A DNA stretch of 14,286 nt from Candidatus Undinarchaeota archaeon (lineage in GTDB: Archaea; SpSt-1190), in contig CAYVAH010000020.1 in assembly GCA_964449215.1 (NCBI GenBank), positions 1 through 14,286 of the forward strand, given 5' to 3'. The notes beneath the pieces are model-generated. The model did no database searches, had not been told where the DNA came from, and worked only from the letters and a program-made list of their open reading frames with translations. The position numbers and the translations under genes were made by a program. Below, in pieces: positions 7,471 to 14,250 of the stretch. How positions within the stretch are numbered: position 1 is the stretch's first letter; each line of letters begins with the position of its first letter.

Positions 7471-9681
7471 CTACCTGAAATACGATGGTTCTTCCCCCGG
7501 TAGCTTGGTCCGGAAACTGCGTTGAAGCCCCGTATAGTAGTCAATTACCCTCTTGTTGAGGCTCGGCCCGACCTTCTTCACAGCCTCCTCAAAATCCTTC
7601 GCCGTCACCTTGTCCCTGTTCTCGCGGATAGCGAACATCGCAGCTTCCCTGCACACAGCCTCAAGGTCCGCACCACCAAAGTTCTCGGTCTCCCTGGCTA
7701 TCCTCTGCAGGTCAACACCCTTCAAAGGCATTGACTTTGTGTGGACCTTCAGTATCTTCAGCCTGGACTCTTCATCAGGGGCAGGAACATAAACAAACCT
7801 GTCAATACGCCCGGGCCGGAGAAGAGCTGGGTCGAGCAGGTCCGGGCGGTTTGTGGCAGCCACGAACACCACCCCTTCACGCTTTTCAATACCATCAAGC
7901 TCGGTGAGCAGCTGGTTCACCACACGCTCAGAGACCTTGCTGGAATCCGTCCCGCGGATGGGAGCAATAGCATCCACCTCATCAAAGAAAACTATGCAGG
8001 GGGAGAGCTGCCGGGCCTTCCGGAATATACGGCGAACTGCCTTTTCACTCTCGCCCACCCACTTGCTCAGCACCTCAGGACCCTTCACGGAAATAAAGTT
8101 CGCGTTGGCCTCATTCGCAACAGCCTTGACCAGCAGGGTCTTACCACAGCCAGGAGGACCGTAGAGCAGCACACCACGGGGAGGCTTTATCCCCATCCTC
8201 TTGAACTTCCCGGGCTCCTTTATGGGGAACTCAATGCTTTCCTTCAGCTCCCTCTTCACAGATTCAAGACCGCCCACATCCTCCCACTTCACGTTGGGTA
8301 TTTCCACCAGGACCTCTCGCAGGGCACTGGGCTCAACACTCCGGAGAGCCTCCACAAAATCCCTCATCGTGACCCTTATCTTCCCCAGAATCTCAGGGGG
8401 TATCTCCTCATCCAAATCAATCTTAGGGAGAATGCGACGGATTGCGAGCAATGAAGCCTCCTTCACGAGACCGGCGAGGTCAGCACCCGTGAACCCGGGA
8501 GTCATGTCAGCTATGCGGTCAAGATTCACATCCTTCACAGGCAGGCCCTTCACATGTATCTGAAGAATCTCCTTCCGCCCTTTCCGGTCAGGAACTCCTA
8601 TGGAAATCTCGCGGTCAAACCTCCCTGGGCGGCGGAGGGCGGGATCGATGGAGTCCGGGCGGTTGGTGGCAGCAAGAACTATCACCTGCCCGCGCTCGTT
8701 CAACCCATCCATCAGGGTGAGCAACTGCGCCACTATCCGCCCCTCTATGCCGTAGAGGTCATCCCTCTTGCTGGCTATTGCATCAATCTCATCGATGAAG
8801 ATTATGGCAGGGGCATTTTTCTGGGCACGATTGAAAAGGCGTCTGAGCCTTTCCTCGGCTTCCCCCGCAAACTTACCGACAATCTCCGGTCCATTTATGC
8901 TGATGAAGTGGGCATGCGTCTCATTGGCAACAGCCTTTGCAAGGAGAGTTTTCCCGCATCCAGGGGGGCCGTGCATCAACACGCCTTTCGGCGGCTCAAC
9001 ACCGAGCTGCGCAAATATTTCCGGGTGCTTCAGCGGGAGTTCCACAATCTCTCTCACCCGGGACAGGAGGTCACCCATCCCCCCAACATCCTCATATGTC
9101 ACAAACGGCCGGCGGACCGCCTTCTCCTCGGGTTTTTCCAGAAGGATGGAGGTGTCCTCCCCCACGAGGATAGCTCCCTTCGGCTCGACTGATTTCACCC
9201 TGAACTTCACCTGGGGACCAAAGAGCGGCATCACTATTTCGAGGTCATAGGAGTAATCCTCCCTGAGGCTCTTGGGTAAGGTCCGGAGTGAAATGAAGTC
9301 CCCCTCCGTCATGACCCTGCCCTTGAGCAGTCTGGCAAGGGTGGATGGGTCCATGGGAGGGAGCTTCAAACCACCAACAGGGGCGATTGCAAGCTTCCTT
9401 ATCGGGATTGCCTTTGCCCTGCTGACCCTCACCCTTTCCCCTATAGCTGCACCGGAGTTGGCGCGTATCAAACCATCCATGCGGACGACACCAAGACCAA
9501 TATCGCTCGGGTATGCCGTATCGACAACAGCGAAGGTAGCTTTTGGACCCTGTATCATCACAGGGTCGCCCGGGGTTACACCTATGACCCGCATGCTTCG
9601 GGAGTCAAGACGGACTATTCCCCTGCCCGTGTCATTCTGATTTGTCGGGGGGATCTCCGCAACCCTGAGCTCGATTTCCAC
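7471..9681 (-). CDS. cdc48: Cdc48/VCP (VAT) AAA+ ATPase
   Basis: N-domain (DTGRGIVRLD, VRMDGLIRANSG) and two AAA modules, each with GPPGCGKT, Walker B (FIDEID / FFDEVD) and SRH (ATNRPD..DPAL.RPGR). C-terminal SYFR tail. GTG start with TTTATTAA about 20 nt upstream. Confidence 0.97.
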   Translation of the reverse strand: MEIELRVAEIPPTNQNDTGRGIVRLDSRSMRVIGVTPGDPVMIQGPKATFAVVDTAYPSDIGLGVVRMDGLIRANSGAAIGERVRVSRAKAIPIRKLAIAPVGGLKLPPMDPSTLARLLKGRVMTEGDFISLRTLPKSLREDYSYDLEIVMPLFGPQVKFRVKSVEPKGAILVGEDTSILLEKPEEKAVRRPFVTYEDVGGMGDLLSRVREIVELPLKHPEIFAQLGVEPPKGVLMHGPPGCGKTLLAKAVANETHAHFISINGPEIVGKFAGEAEERLRRLFNRAQKNAPAIIFIDEIDAIASKRDDLYGIEGRIVAQLLTLMDGLNERGQVIVLAATNRPDSIDPALRRPGRFDREISIGVPDRKGRKEILQIHVKGLPVKDVNLDRIADMTPGFTGADLAGLVKEASLLAIRRILPKIDLDEEIPPEILGKIRVTMRDFVEALRSVEPSALREVLVEIPNVKWEDVGGLESVKRELKESIEFPIKEPGKFKRMGIKPPRGVLLYGPPGCGKTLLVKAVANEANANFISVKGPEVLSKWVGESEKAVRRIFRKARQLSPCIVFFDEVDAIAPIRGTDSSKVSERVVNQLLTELDGIEKREGVVFVAATNRPDLLDPALLRPGRIDRFVYVPAPDEESRLKILKVHTKSMPLKGVDLQRIARETENFGGADLEAVCREAAMFAIRENRDKVTAKDFEEAVKKVGPSLNKRVIDYYTGLQRSFRTKLPGEEPSYFR

Positions 9682-9710
9682 ACTGGTACTCCAGGCGCGG
9701 ATTAATAAAA

Positions 9711-10286
9711 TTAGTCTTTCCTCAGCCCGCGGATGGCACCGCTACCGTTGAGGGTTTCGCAGAGCTTGGCAATAGCCCTGTCAACATCCTCGACCCGCTT
9801 GAGGCCGACCAGCACACACTTTCCGCTGGAGAATATCAGAAAGGTCGCCGGCGGGTCATAAATCTTGAAGGTCAGCCCGGGAAACAGCTCGGGGGAGTAG
9901 TAGCTGTCATAGACCTCGTGGACAAAATGCTCCAGGTTTATTTCGACATGAAGGTCCAGGCTCAGCACGAGATTCTGTATTTCAATATCCACCTTGGTGA
10001 TTTTGATTCCAAGTTTCTCCTTGGCTTCCCTCTTGAACTTCTCGATGGCCGCGTGCATCTGGTCAAAACTCTTCACACCTGCAAGGACGGACTTCCCGTT
10101 CCGGAACAACAGGAAGGTGTACCCCTCGCGCTTCCGGTAGATTGCCCCTGGAAAGTTGCTCGGGTCATAATCCGCCCCGAGTATGCGTGACACCTCCGGA
10201 AGCTTGAAGCTCACATAGAAGTTCAGACTGGCCACGAGATTCTGAACTTCCCTTCCGACATTCGTCGGGTCAACCTTGACTCCCAC
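9711..10286 (-). CDS. tbp: TATA-box-binding protein
   Basis: Two direct repeats: VQNLVAS...YDPSNFPGAIYR...LLFRNGKSVLAGVKS and IQNLVLS...YSPELFPGLTFK...LIFSSGKCVLVGLKR; 191 aa. TATATAAA at 10317-10310 upstream. Confidence 0.93.
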   Translation of the reverse strand: MGVKVDPTNVGREVQNLVASLNFYVSFKLPEVSRILGADYDPSNFPGAIYRKREGYTFLLFRNGKSVLAGVKSFDQMHAAIEKFKREAKEKLGIKITKVDIEIQNLVLSLDLHVEINLEHFVHEVYDSYYSPELFPGLTFKIYDPPATFLIFSSGKCVLVGLKRVEDVDRAIAKLCETLNGSGAIRGLRKD

Positions 10287-10333
10287 AAAAATTTAGGGGT
10301 CGTCGAGTATTTATATATTGACCGGAGTGAACC

Positions 10334-11188
10334 TCAAAGGTATTTTAGGACCTCTTTAACGGGAGCAGATGGAGAAAGATACTTCTCTTCAGAAATCCTG
10401 GGGCAGGAAGCGTTTACCCAGAAATCAACCCTGAAATTGCGCACCTCAGGAGTTATAATGTCGCCTACAATCATTATCACCTTTTTACCCAGAGATTCAA
10501 GCTTATCTTTCACCAGAACTGCCTCTTTCTCGTAGTTCTGTCCCGGTTTCAGGCCGACTAGCACCCCTACCTTCTCAGCAGTGAACAGCGCCGCCACCGG
10601 GAACCTGGGTGGGTCAGCACGCTCCCCAAACCAGTTGAACGTCGGCTTTCCAAGTGCAGCCACTGCACCAGCATGGAAAATGCCATCACAAGCCACAACA
10701 AAACCGTCCACCTTGTCGAGGATCCGGCGAGCGGCCCCCACATCACAGCCCGTAACCTGGGCAGGATACGTCGCCATGAAGTCAGGGCGACCTCCCATAA
10801 CCACCTCCTTCCCGGCACGCTCGAGCTTCTTCGCATATTCCCCAACCACGTCCCTGTATTGAATCACGAAGACCAGCCCAACCCTGTGGAAGTCCGGAAC
10901 GAATTCCGGAACGCCCTGCAGCTGGACTTCAAAGAAGTGCACGTTCCCCGGGTATTTCAAACCAATAGGGCGGCTGTGACCGAAATTGAATACCGCATCA
11001 ACCTTGAGCCTGTCAAGGAGGTGCAGGGGAACATCACAGGCACCATAACAGGGATTCGAGAGAAAGACGGGCTCGGGTATCACCCTGGCAAGCTCTCCAG
11101 CGTCAGCCATCAAGCCCGCCGGGAGAAGGACCAGCACCTTGCGGTAGCCGTTGGACTGAACAACCTCCTTGACACTGTCAATGTTCAT
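10334..11188 (-). CDS. dph2: Diphthamide biosynthesis enzyme Dph2 (2-(3-amino-3-carboxypropyl)histidine synthase)
   Basis: Three Fe-S ligand cysteine motifs (CYGACD, QVTGCD, ASCPRI) plus FGHS, DGIFH and KPGQ. Start reassigned to ATG 11188 (MNIDSVKE), which overlaps the upstream HAD stop; 284 aa. Confidence 0.9.
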   Translation of the reverse strand: MNIDSVKEVVQSNGYRKVLVLLPAGLMADAGELARVIPEPVFLSNPCYGACDVPLHLLDRLKVDAVFNFGHSRPIGLKYPGNVHFFEVQLQGVPEFVPDFHRVGLVFVIQYRDVVGEYAKKLERAGKEVVMGGRPDFMATYPAQVTGCDVGAARRILDKVDGFVVACDGIFHAGAVAALGKPTFNWFGERADPPRFPVAALFTAEKVGVLVGLKPGQNYEKEAVLVKDKLESLGKKVIMIVGDIITPEVRNFRVDFWVNASCPRISEEKYLSPSAPVKEVLKYL

Positions 11189-11756
11189 GGAGCATCCCGA
11201 CCACAAGCTCCTCCAGCTCACTTGGCTTTTTCAGGGCGTCCACGAGGGCTCCCCTGCGGTGTTCCTCATCCAGAAACCAGAGCGCCTGGAAAGCCCTGAC
11301 ACCCATAGAGCGGAGCTTCTTCACAACAGCAGCCTTGTCATCCACAAATATGTCAACACCCAGGGCTGCCACCTTCTTCACCTTGTCATCATCCTCCTTA
11401 ACTATGAAAACCCTGGAATGAGGGAAGCCAACCAGCTTCTCCAGCTGGTGGCGGTTCCCGACCGACACTATGAAAATATCACCACCATTGGCGATGACCG
11501 AAGCAGCTATGGACTTCAACTCCTTGCTCATGTGTTCATCCACCCCGCTGAAAAGGATTCTCCTCACCTCCGCCTCGTTGAAGTCCCTCATCAGCACATC
11601 AAACAGGTAGTCAATACTCTTCCGCCCGGAAACTCCCTCGAAAACCTCTTCGAAGCTTCTCCCAATCCCGCGGAGACGCGAGTCAAGCGACCGGAAGTAG
11701 GCATTGGTATCGAATATCACCCTGTCGAGGTCAAACGCTACTTTAATAGCTCGCAA
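11178..11756 (-). CDS. HAD-superfamily hydrolase (putative phosphatase)
   Basis: Motif I VAFDLDRVIFD, motif II IVSVG, a Lys in DDDKVKK and motif IV FVDDK. Overlaps both neighbours. Confidence 0.75.
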   Translation of the reverse strand: MRAIKVAFDLDRVIFDTNAYFRSLDSRLRGIGRSFEEVFEGVSGRKSIDYLFDVLMRDFNEAEVRRILFSGVDEHMSKELKSIAASVIANGGDIFIVSVGNRHQLEKLVGFPHSRVFIVKEDDDKVKKVAALGVDIFVDDKAAVVKKLRSMGVRAFQALWFLDEEHRRGALVDALKKPSELEELVVGMLHEH

Positions 11757-12556
11757 AGGGCATCACCCAATTTCTCCGGGTCGTGGAGGTGACCATCAAG
11801 GGACATGTCCCTGAGAACCAGCCTTTCATCATGGAGGTCCACCTCCACCCCACCCGGCTTCTGCGCCAGCACGTAGTCAAACTTCATGAACTTCTCCACA
11901 TTTTCCAGATAGTCGGAAAGCTTGAACCCCCCCACAACGGGGAGGTCGTTGCGGATGCTCGTGACAAGAATCTTCGCAGGGATGTGGGAAAGCCTGGCCA
12001 CAAACCCGGCAGGGAGGAGGTGGGGCATGAGACTCGTAAACAGACTCCCCGGCCCAAGAACCATAGCATCCGCCTCCTCAACAAGGGCAAGAACCTCAGG
12101 GTTCACAGGGAGTTCCGGCTCCAGCCAGATTTTTTCCACCTTGCCCTTGCACCTGTCTATCTGGGTTTCCCCCACCACCTTCTCCCCGGAGACAACTGCC
12201 ACCAAATCACACGGCTCGAGAAACTGGGGAACAACCCTGTGATGCACTCCCATGGCTTCTCTGTATTCCTCCAGACCCTTGCGGAACCCGAGCCTGCGAA
12301 CCAGGTCAAGTATCACGAGGTTGCCAATGGCGTGACCCCCGTAACGGGATTCCATCGTGGAAGAAAGCGGACCGCCAAAAGAATCAACCACCCGCCGGAA
12401 GTCTCCAACCGCAGGGATACCGAACTCCTCGCGGAGCCTGCCGGTGCTGCCCCCGTTATCGGTGGTCCCGACCACCGCCGAAAAATCCAGCCCCTTAAGA
12501 AGCAGGGCGCGAACGGTAGCGCTCAGACCCTTCCCGCCACCAAAACAGACAATCAC
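11738..12556 (-). CDS. yvcK: YvcK/GlmR (UPF0052, CofD-like) UDP-GlcNAc-binding protein
   Basis: GGGKGLS, TTDNGGSTGRLR, GDFRR, GHAIGNL, GETQID, GPGSLFTSLMPHL and HDPEKL are YvcK-type signatures. The GTG start overlaps the upstream TGA (GTGA). Confidence 0.88.
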   Translation of the reverse strand: MIVCFGGGKGLSATVRALLLKGLDFSAVVGTTDNGGSTGRLREEFGIPAVGDFRRVVDSFGGPLSSTMESRYGGHAIGNLVILDLVRRLGFRKGLEEYREAMGVHHRVVPQFLEPCDLVAVVSGEKVVGETQIDRCKGKVEKIWLEPELPVNPEVLALVEEADAMVLGPGSLFTSLMPHLLPAGFVARLSHIPAKILVTSIRNDLPVVGGFKLSDYLENVEKFMKFDYVLAQKPGGVEVDLHDERLVLRDMSLDGHLHDPEKLGDALCELLK

Positions 12557-13767
12557 TTCATCACCCTCTTCTGAACAACATACAGCTTCTTTCCATCGGG
12601 AACATTACGGTCCACAATCGTCCCCGGACCCACCGTGACATTCTTCCCCACAAGAACACCGGGCATTATCAAAGCACCCACACCAACCCGCGTCCCATCG
12701 CCCACAGCACAGCCGAAATGCCCCCTCCCAAGCTCCTTCTTTTTCCCCTTCACCACAGAAACCACGCTCTTCTTGTCAAACCTGCGGTTGGCAGTCACCG
12801 CACCAAAACCAAACCAGACCTTCCTGCCCAGGACGGAATCCCCGACAAAAGAGTGATGAACGGCACAGCCCGGCCCCACAAGGCTCCGGGCGACCTCACT
12901 GCCGAATCCGACAACGGAACCCATCTCGACACAGCTTTGCCTGACAAGAGCGGAAGTCCCGACAAATGCACCCCTTCCAATATAGGCGGGCCCGATGATC
13001 CGGGCACCCCCCATCACCCTGGCGCCCTCATCAACAAACACATCCCCCTCGAGGGTGGCATCCACGGAAACCTCTCCCTTCACCTTGTGCTTGACCTCCT
13101 CAAGCAACCTCTCCATAACTGAAAGGGCGTCCCATGGATACTTGAGACTCGGCACCTCCTCCTTCGGGACTATCTCGAAGTTTGCAGGATGCTCGGAGAG
13201 ATAGGAGGAAAGAACCCTCTCAAATTTGTATTGCCCGCCCCCTCCGGAAGACGCAAGCCTCAGAACGAACTCGTGGCTGAGCCTGTATATGGAGCTCACA
13301 ACAAGGTTGGACTCCGGTTTCTTCGGCTTTTCCCTGATTCCCACAACAAAGTCCCCTTCAACCACAGCGACCCCATATTCACCCGGGTTGTCAACCTTTG
13401 ACAGGAGGAGCTTCGTCCCGACCCCCGAAACAAGTTTTTCGAGGGCGAACTTGCTGAACTGGTGACCGGAAACCACAAGCACATCATCGCCGTAGTCCTT
13501 TGCCCCGACAAGTATGGCATCCCACATTCCTCTCGGCCTTTCCTGGACACGGAACTCAACATCCTTGTTGAGCTTACAGTCCTTCAGGGCCTTGCTCACG
13601 CACTCGTCCGGTGGCTCCACAACCACAACTTCGTCAACCTCACGTGGAATGTTGTTTATGGTTCTCGCTATCAAGGGCTTCCCGAGAATCTCAACCAGGG
13701 ACTTGTGGCTGCCGCTGAAGGGCCAAAAACGGGAGGACTCCCCAGCGGCGAGAATCACGGCTCGCAT
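12553..13767 (-). CDS. glmU: GlmU-like bifunctional sugar-1-phosphate nucleotidyltransferase/acetyltransferase (archaeal type)
   Basis: True start is ATG 13767 (MRAVILAAGESSRFWP), preceded by GAGGATGGT. Contains GKPLI, YGVA, EKP and YPWD, then a hexapeptide-repeat left-handed beta-helix with HHSFVGDS and TANRRFD; 404 aa. The ORF-track extension to 13965 runs into the SRP RNA gene and is not real. Confidence 0.85.
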   Translation of the reverse strand: MRAVILAAGESSRFWPFSGSHKSLVEILGKPLIARTINNIPREVDEVVVVEPPDECVSKALKDCKLNKDVEFRVQERPRGMWDAILVGAKDYGDDVLVVSGHQFSKFALEKLVSGVGTKLLLSKVDNPGEYGVAVVEGDFVVGIREKPKKPESNLVVSSIYRLSHEFVLRLASSGGGGQYKFERVLSSYLSEHPANFEIVPKEEVPSLKYPWDALSVMERLLEEVKHKVKGEVSVDATLEGDVFVDEGARVMGGARIIGPAYIGRGAFVGTSALVRQSCVEMGSVVGFGSEVARSLVGPGCAVHHSFVGDSVLGRKVWFGFGAVTANRRFDKKSVVSVVKGKKKELGRGHFGCAVGDGTRVGVGALIMPGVLVGKNVTVGPGTIVDRNVPDGKKLYVVQKRVMK

Positions 13768-13807
13768 ACCATCCTCTGATTTCCTGATTAAAAAAGATTC
13801 CCAGGCT

Positions 13808-13820
13808 GAAAAGTTATAAA
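13808..13820 (+). promoter_or_regulatory. BRE/TATA promoter of the SRP RNA gene
   Basis: GAAAAGTTATAAA ends 20 nt before the helix-1 5' strand at 13841. A separate minus-strand TTTTTTAAT (13795-13787) is placed appropriately for glmU. Confidence 0.7.
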
Positions 13821-13840
13821 TCTCAGATGTGAGGGGTATA

Positions 13841-14112
13841 TGCCCGGCTAGGCCGGGGGGCTGACGTCCCCTACTCCGCAAATCGTCTTGGCGGGGCCGA
13901 AGTCCCGGGGAAGGGGTACACTGCATGAGGGGACGCTCTGAAAGCGGGGCGTCGAAGCCCTGCACTGTGGTGGCCCCATAAGTGCTGAACTGGGCCAGGT
14001 CCGGGAGGAAGCAACCCTAAGTGCTTTTTGGGGTGCCCGCAGACCGCAGGGTGGAGTCCCACTCCGGAGAAAAACCTCGTGGAAGAACTTCGACCCCGGG
14101 ACGTGCCGGGCA
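13841..14112 (+). ncRNA. ffs: Archaeal signal recognition particle RNA (7S), ~272 nt, apparently lacking helix 6
   Basis: Terminal helix TGCCCGGC (13841-48) / GCCGGGCA (14105-12). Archaeal 5' signature GCTAGGCCGGGGGG...TCCCC. Alu loop-loop complement GACG (13863-66) / CGTC (13884-87). Long helix 5, e.g. GTCCCGGGG/CCCCGGGAC, CATGAGG/CCTCGTG and GCCCTGC/GCAGGGT. SRP54-binding helix 8 motif GCCAGGTCC-GGGA-GGAAGCAAC at about 13994-14015. Confidence 0.95.
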
Positions 14113-14125
14113 CTCCCATTCAACA

Positions 14126-14134
14126 GCTTTTTAA
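14126..14134 (+). terminator. Possible oligo-T terminator of SRP RNA (could alternatively be a TATA box for a downstream transcript)
   Basis: TTTTT at 14128-14132, about 15 nt after the end of helix 1. Confidence 0.4.
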
Positions 14135-14172
14135 TCGGCAGATGATGCATATAACACTGAGAAACAGAGCTT

Positions 14173-14250
14173 CCATCAACGAAACCGAGCGGGTCCCGAC
14201 ACAGCAACCATCAACGATTTCGCGACGAGGCGAAGCTCGTTCCGTCAACG
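14173..14250 (+). repeat. Three short direct repeats CCRTCAACG at 34-35 nt period
   Basis: CCATCAACG at 14173 and 14208; CCGTCAACG at 14242. Confidence 0.6.

Noticed and set aside
6240..9640. Multiple long + strand ORFs (e.g. 6560..7525, 7741..8454, 8554..9192)
   Set aside because: They are antisense to the well-conserved acdA and cdc48 genes, are expected in GC-rich coding DNA, and carry no motifs.
11189..11221. Upstream start for dph2 (MSWRSLWSGCS)
   Set aside because: It would overlap the HAD gene by 44 nt with non-homologous sequence; ATG 11188 gives a typical short overlap.
11738..12556. CofD (F420 biosynthesis) assignment
   Set aside because: The motifs DNGGSTGRLR, GHAIGNL and GPGSLFTS are YvcK-type rather than the CofD-type pattern, and there are no cof genes adjacent.
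13932..13953. Local hairpin GACGCTC/GGGCGTC as a displaced helix 6
   Set aside because: It is far from the helix 5/8 junction and has no GNAR tetraloop. Forming it would leave the matching 3' strand (GTCCCAC, CGGAG) unpaired, whereas the long-range helix 5 pairing is length-symmetric.
13768..13965. 66-aa N-terminal extension of the GlmU ORF in the ORF track (470 aa)
   Set aside because: It runs antisense through the promoter region and the SRP RNA Alu domain. Family similarity starts at MRAVILAAG (ATG 13767), which has an SD-like GAGGATGG.
13841..14112. RNase P RNA as the identity of the GC-rich RNA
   Set aside because: It lacks the GAGGAAAGUCC-type and 3' ACANAANNCGGCUUA-type P4 signatures, while the SRP helix-8 and Alu signatures are clear.
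14141..14190. Possible box C/D sRNA (ATGATGC...CTGA...CCGA)
   Set aside because: Box C is imperfect, the guide before CTGA is only ~8 nt, and there is no convincing C' or terminal D box.
13848..14207. Minus-strand ORFs of 119 aa and 82 aa
   Set aside because: They are antisense to the SRP RNA gene and show no recognisable protein features.
14173..14250. CRISPR array
   Set aside because: The repeats are only 9-11 nt with a 34-35 nt period, far shorter than CRISPR units, and there are no cas genes in the window.
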